This document shows, one piece after another, positions 8,593-17,314 of a stretch of 64,000 bases of DNA. The position numbers were made by a program, and so were the translations under genes. The notes beneath the pieces were generated by a model, which made no database searches, was not told the DNA's origin, and saw nothing but the letters and a program-made list of their open reading frames with translations. This DNA comes from an uncultured Candidatus Saccharibacteria bacterium. Lineage in GTDB: Bacteria > Patescibacteriota > Dojkabacteria > SC72 > WJKH01. Position 1 is the stretch's first letter, and each line of letters begins with the position of its first letter. The stretch covers positions 8,414 to 72,413 of the forward strand of contig CAZRRH010000001.1 of assembly GCA_964602665.1 (NCBI GenBank), written 5' to 3'.

Positions 8593-10941
8593 TTACTCTT
8601 TTTTAAGGTTAACAAGCCATACGTTATCGCCATCAAGCACATACACATAAGAATCTTGCTGATCAACAACAAGGTTTTTAACATCATCAAAAACCGTATC
8701 TACGCCTCCTCTATAAACAAACTGTTTCTGCAATACCATCATTCCATTGTCGTCGGGTTTTGTAAAAAGCATAATTCTATTTTCCTCGGTTTGAATAACA
8801 CTATTTTGCGTCCCTTCATCATACACATATACAAACGCATGTTTATCTGAGCTAAATCCATAAAGCATATTTGTAGGTTGTGGATATACACCCTCCAAAA
8901 CCAAGTTCTCATCAGTCCAACTATTTTTATTGCGGTCCAGTTTAAACCTTTTTATCGTCTGTTGACCAGTAAATACTCCATATACATTAATCTCATCAGC
9001 AAATATATCATTGCCATAAGTCACAAAATCGCCCTCAAACCTCGTCGTTGCTTGTCCGTACATACCTTTTGAGACAGAGTACATGTACATTTTGCCATCC
9101 TTTGGGACAAGTGAGAACATCCTCTCCTGTGACCATACTTCAAAATCCTTAATGTCGCTTGCGCTGATTTTATTAGCCTCCAAACCACTTACTCTCGTTA
9201 TGTCACCACTATTACCTTGTTCGTCTACCGTTGCCCTTAATACTCCCTCTTGACCATCTAATATATAAACGCCTAAGCTATTAGTAGTAAGGCTTATTGG
9301 TGCCTTTAACAATGTCGCTGGATCAGCAACCTTGGTTATCGATTTGTTTTTTAACGATATTTTATAAAGAGTTTTTGTTCCTGAATCAAGTAAAAACAGA
9401 TTCTCGGATCCATTTGTTGATTTATGATATGCTATGTCTGCCAAAATTGTATTCTCTTGAAAGTTTACCTTTGCGTTAACAAAAAGCTCAATGTTTTTTT
9501 TGTCTTCATTTAAAAGCTGCTTTCTACTTACTTTGTCATCAGCAGAAATAAGTTTTTCTTTCATCTGGTCAATTTGAGGCTTTATCTCATCTGGAATAAG
9601 TGTGAGGTTATTAATTTTAGAGTAACTTAGCTGCGCTTGCGCAATTTTAGCTTGAGAATTAGTGGAGTCAGACATAACAGTTCTTTCTGCCTCAATTATT
9701 AGCGCCTCAGTCTCAAGTAAAATTGTACTGATTTCCTCTTTTGCTTCTTTTATTTGAGCCTGTTTTTGAGTCCATTTATATCCCCAATAAACGAGCCCTA
9801 TTACAGCTAAAACAACTACTATATAGCCCACAAGCTTTTTTCTTTTATTAACTGTTTGATATCCGTCAATTTTAGTTCCCTTAATGCTCTTATTATTGAA
9901 GCGATAAGTTATATTTGACCACAACTGTCTTAATCTCCTAAACCACAGCTCTTTACCAAACTGTTTATCGAGCAGATATTTAATCTTATCTCTGAAAAAG
10001 GAAAATATCTTACCTATTAATCCGCCAATTTTACAAAATACATTATTAAAAAAGGCCTTAATTATAGGAGTCTTTTCTTTGATAAAAGAGGCTGCTTTGT
10101 TTTTTGCAATTGATAATTTTATGTTTTCTGGCTTCTTTATATTTTTAGGTGCAATAACAACATTGCTTTCTTCTTTGATTTCTTCAGGAGTATCAACAAT
10201 CTCTTCTTTTTCTTCCTCTTTTGTTATTTCAGCACTTATTTGTGGCTCCTCTATGATTTCCTCTTGTTTTAACCGGCTTTCATCAACAGTTTCCTCCTTG
10301 ACCGGTTCTATTATTTGCCCTTGCTCAATTTGGCCAATTTCCTCCTCTTTCTGATCGCTAAAAAACACAACACCGCCATCATCTTTATCAACAATTTCAA
10401 CCCCGATATCACATACCGCAGATAAGCTCAACTCACTTTTTCTTAAAATTCTTGATGCTTCTTTTGGCGTACCAATAAGGATTTTATCAGTTGAATACAA
10501 ATATGTGCTCAGAATATTGCTTCCTTTTTTTCTTATAATTTCTGATAAATCAAGTCTTTTACCATCTCTAACCATCACAACCATACTATTTCCAAACACA
10601 GAAACATAAATCTTATTTTCAGAAAAAAGTATAAGTACATAATTTAGATCAACACCTTTTTTACTAAAAAGCTTATCTTTTTTAATTATCTCTCTAAGAG
10701 TATGCTCACCAAATTTGAGCGCAAGTTTAAGCCCATCAGATGGCTTCATCCTCTCGTTTTTCTTGTACTCTTCTAAGATCCCATCCCAAACTAATTTTGC
10801 AAGTCTTACAGAATCTGACGCGTTATGAGTTGATAAATCAATAAATCCGTAAAGTTCTCTCTTTGGCACAAAAACCCTGTCAGGATCTGTAATGTACCTA
10901 AAAAAAGAGATATTTTTAGCTAAAAACTCTTTGCTCTCCAT
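8593..10941 (-). CDS. hypothetical multi-domain membrane protein (N-terminal PP2C-like, possibly degenerate; one TM; coiled coil; C-terminal beta-rich domain)
   Basis: Cytoplasmic N-terminal region with PP2C-fold-like blocks (VLILFSENKIYVSVFGNSMVVMVRDGK, DKILIGT). The GDSR equivalent is GNSM. One TM helix LVGYIVVVLAVIGLVYWGYKW. No confident family assignment. Confidence 0.35.
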   Translation of the reverse strand: MESKEFLAKNISFFRYITDPDRVFVPKRELYGFIDLSTHNASDSVRLAKLVWDGILEEYKKNERMKPSDGLKLALKFGEHTLREIIKKDKLFSKKGVDLNYVLILFSENKIYVSVFGNSMVVMVRDGKRLDLSEIIRKKGSNILSTYLYSTDKILIGTPKEASRILRKSELSLSAVCDIGVEIVDKDDGGVVFFSDQKEEEIGQIEQGQIIEPVKEETVDESRLKQEEIIEEPQISAEITKEEEKEEIVDTPEEIKEESNVVIAPKNIKKPENIKLSIAKNKAASFIKEKTPIIKAFFNNVFCKIGGLIGKIFSFFRDKIKYLLDKQFGKELWFRRLRQLWSNITYRFNNKSIKGTKIDGYQTVNKRKKLVGYIVVVLAVIGLVYWGYKWTQKQAQIKEAKEEISTILLETEALIIEAERTVMSDSTNSQAKIAQAQLSYSKINNLTLIPDEIKPQIDQMKEKLISADDKVSRKQLLNEDKKNIELFVNAKVNFQENTILADIAYHKSTNGSENLFLLDSGTKTLYKISLKNKSITKVADPATLLKAPISLTTNSLGVYILDGQEGVLRATVDEQGNSGDITRVSGLEANKISASDIKDFEVWSQERMFSLVPKDGKMYMYSVSKGMYGQATTRFEGDFVTYGNDIFADEINVYGVFTGQQTIKRFKLDRNKNSWTDENLVLEGVYPQPTNMLYGFSSDKHAFVYVYDEGTQNSVIQTEENRIMLFTKPDDNGMMVLQKQFVYRGGVDTVFDDVKNLVVDQQDSYVYVLDGDNVWLVNLKKE

Positions 10942-10944
10942 AAA

Positions 10945-11160
10945 TTATGCAACTAAAATAAGTAGGATAGAAATAGCTCCTCCTATTAAAACCATTATAA
11001 CATGAAGCGTTGACAAAAATCTCATTGTCCCATTAAATGGCGTTTTGACACTATCAGCAAGTATTCGAACCCTCAAAGAAAGGAGAATGGAATAAATAAA
11101 GTATCCTATCAAAATAACTGCGCCAACTAATTTTAGCATTAATCCAATTGTTAATGTCAT
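10945..11160 (-). CDS. small membrane protein (71 aa, two predicted TM helices)
   Basis: Hydrophobic ORF overlapping the upstream gene by 4 nt. Confidence 0.3.
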   Translation of the reverse strand: MTLTIGLMLKLVGAVILIGYFIYSILLSLRVRILADSVKTPFNGTMRFLSTLHVIMVLIGGAISILLILVA

Positions 11161-11849
11161 ATCTCTCCTCCGTGCTTCATATCAATTAAATCATAAATTG
11201 TATCTTGAATATCTCTAGCTCTTGGGACATTTTTCATTATTATACCCATTTTTGTACCTGCAGTTTGCACATAAACATCTCCAAAATCAAATATTGAGCT
11301 CCAAAATCCCGCTGGTTTATGTGTTACATCCTCTATTTTATCAAGCCTTGCTTCTGTATATACATGTTTTATAACATCTTGGAAATCAAGATCTATAATT
11401 CTTGTCGTTGTAACAATATTTACCGTATAAAACCACTTTAAAAAAGCTGAAAATATCGATGTCAGTATAAATAGTGTTAAAATTATCAAAAATGCAATAA
11501 TTCCTGCAACACTTTTACTTCCAAGTAAACCATAATTAGCAAGCACGGACGAGATAACAAATCCTATAAATAAAACAAGCACGGAAGTGACAATACCAGG
11601 TAACAAAACGATCGGATGTTGTCTAATAATAAGAACAATCTCCTCTCCTCTGTCCTGTCCACTAAAAAAAGTCTCCTTTGGAAATGCATTAAATGAGGAA
11701 ATTGATGGAGAATTTACTGCATCCGCAATTTTGCCTATGAAGGAGCGATTTATAAACGGGTCATTTGGAGTTACAGGCTTTCTATAATTTGAGGGCAAAA
11801 TAACTGTTTTTATTTCTCCTTCGCCAGTTTTGACATTTTTTGTCGGCAT
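11157..11849 (-). CDS. membrane protein with bacterial PH (YdbS/YdbT-like) domain
   Basis: Two TM helices followed by a soluble domain. Overall resemblance to bPH_2 proteins. Weak assignment. Confidence 0.35.
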   Translation of the reverse strand: MPTKNVKTGEGEIKTVILPSNYRKPVTPNDPFINRSFIGKIADAVNSPSISSFNAFPKETFFSGQDRGEEIVLIIRQHPIVLLPGIVTSVLVLFIGFVISSVLANYGLLGSKSVAGIIAFLIILTLFILTSIFSAFLKWFYTVNIVTTTRIIDLDFQDVIKHVYTEARLDKIEDVTHKPAGFWSSIFDFGDVYVQTAGTKMGIIMKNVPRARDIQDTIYDLIDMKHGGEI

Positions 11850-11880
11850 ACTAAGATTTTACTATTTTAACAAGATTATG

Positions 11881-12360
11881 TCAACAATACACAACAACTC
11901 GTGCAGGCCTAATAACCACATCTCCGAGTCTATATCCAAGCTGTATCACATCTGCAATCGTTCCCGATCTCTGCTTGTCGTCAGATGGTATTATAGACAA
12001 AGCTTCGTGATATGCGCTGTCAAATTTATGTCCTTTTACTACTTCAATCTTAGTTATACCCAATTCTACAAGTGTTGTCTCAATTTTGCTTAGTGAGCTT
12101 ATTATTCCATCCGCCCACGCTTTCTGTTTATCTTCAAACTTTATATCTGTATAAGCCTGCTTTGCCATATGCATGTCATCGAGTAGCGTAATTAATCCTC
12201 TTGCAATTTTTGCGCTCTGCTGAGTTAAGGCGATGTCAAGACGGTTATCAATGGTCTTTTCTAAGTTTATATAATCCGCCAGAACCCTTTTGAGTTGATT
12301 AGTTATTTTCTCGTTTTCTTCATGTAGCCTTTTGATTTCATCAATTTTTGCTTTTTTCAT
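11881..12360 (-). CDS. grpE: nucleotide exchange factor GrpE
   Basis: Coiled-coil N-terminus plus C-terminal GrpE motif (GDVVIRPARVVV). Adjacent to hrcA. Confidence 0.85.
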   Translation of the reverse strand: MKKAKIDEIKRLHEENEKITNQLKRVLADYINLEKTIDNRLDIALTQQSAKIARGLITLLDDMHMAKQAYTDIKFEDKQKAWADGIISSLSKIETTLVELGITKIEVVKGHKFDSAYHEALSIIPSDDKQRSGTIADVIQLGYRLGDVVIRPARVVVYC

Positions 12361-12390
12361 ATCGGTATCTGCTCAAAATTTATAATCTTA

Positions 12391-13110
12391 TTAAGCCCAA
12401 CCCGTAAGAGATTCCTCTATAGCTTTTCTTATACTCTTTATCAGGTTAAGCATTTTAGCATAGTCAACTCGCCTTGGTCCAATAACTCCAAAATATGCAT
12501 TATCACCAATTAAACCAACTGTTGTGTAAGCTAAAGAACAGTCAGCTAGGTCATCAATTCCTAGCTCTTGACCAATAATTAGCCCGACATCGTTTGTATT
12601 GTATTTAGAAAGAATAGTTTTAAGAAGTATCTGATCTTCAAGCAAATCCATAAGTCGCTCCATTATATACACCTCTCTTAACTCCTGATATCGCATCAAT
12701 CTTGACAAACCGTAATATCGCAATTGACTGCCTTTTATAAGAAAACTCGCTCCTACAATATTATCAGATAACACGGAAAGAACCTCGTCAACAAGGCCTT
12801 GCTCGTCAAATCTTTTTTTGAAAATTTCATTGCGAACAGCAGGGTCTTCTACGCCGTTTCTTTTTACAACATCTTGGACATACATTCTAAATGCCAAATC
12901 AGTAGGGATTCTGCCTGATGAAAAATGGCTTTTTGCAAGATATCCTTTCTCCATTAGTGCAGCCATTTCATTACGGATTGTAGCAGAGCTAATATCGTAA
13001 TTGTATCTTTTTATTAGTTGATTAGAACTTACTTCTTGTGCTGTGAGGATGTATTCTTCAATTATACTTTTCAATATGTCTATTTGTCTTTGGGTAAGAT
13101 CGCTAATCAT
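12391..13110 (-). CDS. hrcA: heat-inducible transcription repressor HrcA (short, 239 aa)
   Basis: N-terminal winged HTH TQRQIDILKSIIEEYILTAQEVSSNQLIKRY...ATIRNEMAALMEKGYLAKSHFSSGRIPT, the HrcA signature. Confidence 0.75.
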   Translation of the reverse strand: MISDLTQRQIDILKSIIEEYILTAQEVSSNQLIKRYNYDISSATIRNEMAALMEKGYLAKSHFSSGRIPTDLAFRMYVQDVVKRNGVEDPAVRNEIFKKRFDEQGLVDEVLSVLSDNIVGASFLIKGSQLRYYGLSRLMRYQELREVYIMERLMDLLEDQILLKTILSKYNTNDVGLIIGQELGIDDLADCSLAYTTVGLIGDNAYFGVIGPRRVDYAKMLNLIKSIRKAIEESLTGWA

Positions 13111-13114
13111 ATAT

Positions 13115-13141
13115 TTGGCAATTAATTTTATGCTCTGCTAA
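13115..13141. promoter_or_regulatory. degenerate CIRCE-like inverted repeat upstream of hrcA
   Basis: TTGGCAATT-N9-CTCTGCTAA against CIRCE TTAGCACTC-N9-GAGTGCTAA. It lies 5-31 nt upstream of the hrcA start. Only partial match. Confidence 0.25.
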
Positions 13142-13207
13142 AAATTTTACAATGTTTTTGATATATTGTCAATCAATACTTATGCAATTTATGCATTTTA
13201 CAGCGTT

Positions 13208-14425
13208 TTACCGACGGGAGTTTACAAATTTGAGGCTAAGTTCCGATGGGATGCCAAATTTTAATCTAAATTCTTCAGCAGGAAATTCTTCTGTATCACC
13301 TTTATTAATCCACAACAAAATTTTATTTCTGGCTTTTTCTAATGTCTTTTCATAAACCTCGTTGTGATCAACTATTATTTTTAATACTTTTGCCTTTTTA
13401 TCATTCAAATATGGATATCTATCAGAATAATAAGAGCATACTTCATCAAGAGTCTCACTAATCACCTTAATATCTAGCTCATTAATTTTTAATATCGTTA
13501 AAACCTTTCTTATTAACCTTCTGATTATCCTTGCTCTTCCGTTATTACCAGGATTTGGAGCGCCGTCAGCAAGAAGAAACATCAGAGCAGTAACATGATC
13601 GGTAAAGATTCTTAAATCAACATCATTCATTTTTACTTTTTTCGCAATTAATTTCGGTAAATTATTTTCAAATACACTTTTCAAACCATTTTTTGACATA
13701 ATTAATCTCTCAATTCCAAAGACAGTCTCAAAAGCCTGATTTTGCAATTTAATAATTTTATTTTGTGTCGTTATACCGCTTGTGATGAAAAGATTGTTCG
13801 ATATTTCAATAAATCTTCCGCATTTACAAAACGGATTACAATTAGTATTTTTACATCCCTTTTTCTCAGTATCATAAAAAATTTCTGTTGTAACACCACA
13901 CAACCGTAATTCAGAAATAATTTTATCAGAAGGCCCTTGCACCCATATATTATCTTTGATTTTACCAAAATGAACATTTCTCTCTCCAAGAAGTTTCAAC
14001 CAACCGTAATATGAGTCTTTGTCTTTCATAAATTTATGCCTCATATATACACCACCGCCAAAAACTGTTGCATGAATTTTTTCTTTTTTAAAACCAAGAT
14101 TTACAAGAAGATCAAAAAGCTTTTTAATCTCATCTTCCTTTGAGTAATCCCCAACAATAAAAGCTCCGGCCATTTCAAAAAAGCTTAAATGAGTATCGTC
14201 ACCGATTAAATCAATATCAAAATGCCTGAAGCATTTCTGTATCACAGAAATTTTTCGGTTTATTTTATGAGGCAATTTAATTAATGGGTCAAGCTGTACC
14301 ATTCCTGCAGACATATTAAAAGACATCGGAAACATCTCATGAACAAGAGAAGCAGATGGCTGATTCTCATAATCATATCTATTAAAGTATTTAATAAATT
14401 CTATCGCTAAATTATTAGCTTCCAT
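13208..14425 (-). CDS. alaS: alanyl-tRNA synthetase catalytic fragment (aminoacylation + tRNA-recognition domains only; no editing or C-Ala domain)
   Basis: SAGMVQ (E. coli TNAGMNQF), SVIQKCFR (TTSQRCVRAGG), HLSFFEMAGAFIVGDY (HHTFFEMLGNFSFGDY), TTEIFYD, GRFIEISNNLF (RYIEIWNIVFMQ), FGIERL, TDHVTALMFLLADGAPNPGNNGRARIIRRLIRK. The ORF ends at the equivalent of about E. coli residue 455. Confidence 0.8.
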   Translation of the reverse strand: MEANNLAIEFIKYFNRYDYENQPSASLVHEMFPMSFNMSAGMVQLDPLIKLPHKINRKISVIQKCFRHFDIDLIGDDTHLSFFEMAGAFIVGDYSKEDEIKKLFDLLVNLGFKKEKIHATVFGGGVYMRHKFMKDKDSYYGWLKLLGERNVHFGKIKDNIWVQGPSDKIISELRLCGVTTEIFYDTEKKGCKNTNCNPFCKCGRFIEISNNLFITSGITTQNKIIKLQNQAFETVFGIERLIMSKNGLKSVFENNLPKLIAKKVKMNDVDLRIFTDHVTALMFLLADGAPNPGNNGRARIIRRLIRKVLTILKINELDIKVISETLDEVCSYYSDRYPYLNDKKAKVLKIIVDHNEVYEKTLEKARNKILLWINKGDTEEFPAEEFRLKFGIPSELSLKFVNSRR

Positions 14426-14484
14426 ATGACTAAATTATACCATGTCGTCCCCAATATTACAACCTTATATCAACAAATCAACAA

Positions 14485-14513
14485 TTGCATAATCCTGCTA
14501 AATATGGTAAAAT
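14485..14513 (+). promoter_or_regulatory. sigma70-like promoter TTGCAT-N17-TAAAAT upstream of rplY
   Basis: Hexamers with exact 17-nt spacing about 30 nt before the ATG at 14543. Confidence 0.3.
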
Positions 14514-14542
14514 AACGCCAATAAGTTTAAAAGAAAAGCAAA

Positions 14543-15226
14543 ATGTCAGACAGTACAAACGAATTAAAGCTAAAAAAGCGAACAGAACTTGGCAAAAAGT
14601 GTAAAAATTTAAAAAGCAAGGGAATAACAACCGCTGTAATATACAATCATAAAACAGAATCAATTCCACTACAAGTAGAAAGCAACACATTATTAAAACA
14701 TCTTGCAAATCTTTCTCTTACTACAATATTTGATCTTGATATAGACGGTAAAAAAGTCAAGGCGCTTGTTAAAGAGGTCCAAAGGCACCCAATAACTGAT
14801 CAGATCACGCATATTTCATTCCAAGAAATCGAGCCAACAAGAAGAATGAGATTTAATGTACCAATAGAAATAACCGGTGTCTCACCAGCAGTTAAAAACA
14901 ATCTTGGTACGCTTATTGTCGTTAAGGACTCAGTTGAGGTCAAGTGTACACTCAACGATCTACCACACAATATCACAGTAGATATTTCAGGGCTTGAGAA
15001 TGTTGGTAACACAATACAGATTAAGGGTATTGCGCTTCCAAAAGGACTAGAGCTTGTTCGAAAGGAAGATGAGGAGCTTACAGCAATAACCATATCTGAA
15101 CTTGAGAAAGAAATCGTTATTGAGGAAACTGTGGCCAGTACTGAGGCAACAGAAGAAGGAGCAGCAGTTGAAGGCGAGCCAGCAATTGAAGCTAAAGATG
15201 GCACTACAGAAGTTAAAGCTGAGTAA
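14543..15226 (+). CDS. rplY: ribosomal protein L25 / general stress protein Ctc (long form)
   Basis: N-terminal L25 beta-barrel (LKLKKRTELGKKCKNLKSKGITTAVIYN) plus a Ctc-type C-terminal extension. 227 aa. Confidence 0.8.
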   Translation: MSDSTNELKLKKRTELGKKCKNLKSKGITTAVIYNHKTESIPLQVESNTLLKHLANLSLTTIFDLDIDGKKVKALVKEVQRHPITDQITHISFQEIEPTRRMRFNVPIEITGVSPAVKNNLGTLIVVKDSVEVKCTLNDLPHNITVDISGLENVGNTIQIKGIALPKGLELVRKEDEELTAITISELEKEIVIEETVASTEATEEGAAVEGEPAIEAKDGTTEVKAE

Positions 15227-15249
15227 TCTTATAAGTTACATCGCAATAT

Positions 15250-16170
15250 ATGATTTCTATAATAATTTCCTCTTATAAAGAGCCTAAGACAATAGGCAAG
15301 GCTATTATTTCTGCTCTGAATTTTTCCAAATCAGATATACACGATAAAATTGAAATCATACAAGTAAGCCCCGATGAAGAAACTTTACAAGCAGGATTAA
15401 GTGCATCAAAAAAGGCAAGTCTTTCTTCTGATAGTTTTATACAAATCAGAGATCCTCAAAAAGGCAAACCTCACGCTTTAAACTTAGCTTTTAAAAAAGC
15501 TTCTGGGGACATCATAATCTTAACTGATGGAGATGTTTTTTTTAGCCCAAATGCAATCAACCAACTTATAAAAGCGCTTGAAAGAGAAAGTATTGGCGGT
15601 GTATCAGGCAGGCCTTTATCTTTTTTCCCGCCAAGAAACACAAAATGGGGGTTTTATTCAAATTTGCTTGCCGATGCAGCACATTATAAAAGGCAAAAAG
15701 CATCTGACAAGGCACAGTTTTTCCCTATGAGCGGATATATTATGGCTGTTAAAAAAGATGCTATTAAAAATCTTATTTTGCCAGACGATGTTTTGTCAGA
15801 TGATGCTTATATTTCTTATTTTATAGCCAATAAAGGATATGAGATAGGGTATGCTCCAAATGCAATTGCCAATATAAAATATCCTGATAATATAAAGGAC
15901 TATTATAAGCAAAAAGTCCGCTCTCTCGGCGGATATACTCAACTTAAAAAGTACAATATTTTAAATAATATCCCACGCACAAGGACATTTTTTGATGAAG
16001 CAAAACTTGCATGGTTTCCAATTTCTTATGCTAAGACTTTCAAGGAGTTTTTCTGGGCTTTGCAATTATACTTTATCCGCTTATCTACTTGGACAAAGAT
16101 TTTTTATACCCAGAAGATTAGAAAAAGAGATTTTTCTAAAATCTGGACTAGAGTTGAAAGTACAAAGTAA
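15250..16170 (+). CDS. glycosyltransferase family 2
   Basis: N-terminal GT-A fold with ISIIISSYKE start and DxD-like TDGD. 306 aa. Confidence 0.7.
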   Translation: MISIIISSYKEPKTIGKAIISALNFSKSDIHDKIEIIQVSPDEETLQAGLSASKKASLSSDSFIQIRDPQKGKPHALNLAFKKASGDIIILTDGDVFFSPNAINQLIKALERESIGGVSGRPLSFFPPRNTKWGFYSNLLADAAHYKRQKASDKAQFFPMSGYIMAVKKDAIKNLILPDDVLSDDAYISYFIANKGYEIGYAPNAIANIKYPDNIKDYYKQKVRSLGGYTQLKKYNILNNIPRTRTFFDEAKLAWFPISYAKTFKEFFWALQLYFIRLSTWTKIFYTQKIRKRDFSKIWTRVESTK

Positions 16171-16334
16171 ATTTTATACACCATTTCTCTTACTTTTGAG
16201 AAATATCGCACCTGAAATGGCAAAAATATTAATATCAGGGCTCCTGTGATGTAATAGATTGTTTTATTAGAAGTATTTTCCTCTGCCTCTGCTTGTTTAA
16301 AAAGTCTTACAAAAGCTTATATCTGTTGTCAAAT

Positions 16335-16360
16335 AAAAAAACGGCTCTTTATAGAGCCGT
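16335..16360 (-). terminator. intrinsic terminator downstream of rpsG
   Basis: Stem ACGGCTCT/AGAGCCGT (8 bp, 4-nt loop) followed on the minus strand by seven U. Confidence 0.5.
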
Positions 16361-16383
16361 TATCAAAATTCAAAATATAATTT

Positions 16384-16851
16384 TTACCATTTAAAATGAG
16401 CAAATGCCTTATTGGCTTCTGCCATCTTCTCCATATTAGCCTTCTTATTGAAAGCCTCGCCCTGCTCATTGTATGCATCCATAAGCTCTTTTTTAAGAAG
16501 AACATCAAAATTCGCACCACTCTTAGCCCTTGCGCTATCAACTATCCATCTAATAGCAAGTGTTTCCTGTCTTACAGGAGTCACTGGCATAGGGATAGAA
16601 TAATTAGCACCACCGATTCTTCTTGGTCTAACTTCTAGTGATGGTCTAACTTTATCAACAACAACATTTACAAAATCAACAGGCTCCAATTTTAGCTCTT
16701 TTGAGGCGGATTCAACTGCGCTATAAACTAATCTCTCCGCAACAGTTTTCCTTCCTCCTTGCATGACTTTGTTTATAAGCCTAGCAATAAGCTTATTGTT
16801 ATACTTAACATCTAGTGATACTTCTCTCTTTTTAGCTTGTTTACCTCGCAT
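16384..16851 (-). CDS. rpsG: ribosomal protein S7
   Basis: Strong S7 conservation throughout (VMQGGRKTVAERLVY..., GGANYSIPMPV). Confidence 0.9.
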   Translation of the reverse strand: MRGKQAKKREVSLDVKYNNKLIARLINKVMQGGRKTVAERLVYSAVESASKELKLEPVDFVNVVVDKVRPSLEVRPRRIGGANYSIPMPVTPVRQETLAIRWIVDSARAKSGANFDVLLKKELMDAYNEQGEAFNKKANMEKMAEANKAFAHFKW

Positions 16852-16878
16852 CTTTGTCTATCGATCTAAAATTTAAAA

Positions 16879-17301
16879 TTACTCAGCACTCTTTGTTTGT
16901 TTTTTAGCTCCATACTTTGATCTGGCTTTCTTCCTGTTTTCAACTCCTGCACAGTCATATTTGCCTCTTACAATTATGTATTTAACTCCTGGTAAGTCTC
17001 TTTTCCTCCCGCCCTTAACCAAGACAACTGAGTGCTCTTGCAAATTATGCCCTTCACCAGGGATATAAGCCGTAACTTCACTCCCATTTGACAATCTGAC
17101 TCTTGCGACTTTTCGCAATGCAGAGTTTGGTTTTTTAGGAGTCATCGTCTTAACTTGGAGACAAACACCTCTTTTAAAAGGGTTGCTTGCCAATTTATAT
17201 CTATTTTTTACAGAATTAAAGTTTTTTGCCAAAGCGACTCTTTTGAGCCTTTTGGACTTGTCTTTTCTTGGTTTTCTGACTAACTGATTTATTGTAGGCA
17301 T
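16879..17301 (-). CDS. rpsL: ribosomal protein S12 (with an N-proximal insertion of about 16 aa)
   Basis: [11 protein letters not shown] ... [46 protein letters not shown]. 140 aa versus about 124 typical. Confidence 0.9.
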   Translation of the reverse strand: MPTINQLVRKPRKDKSKRLKRVALAKNFNSVKNRYKLASNPFKRGVCLQVKTMTPKKPNSALRKVARVRLSNGSEVTAYIPGEGHNLQEHSVVLVKGGRKRDLPGVKYIIVRGKYDCAGVENRKKARSKYGAKKQTKSAE

Positions 17302-17314
17302 ATATAATATTATA

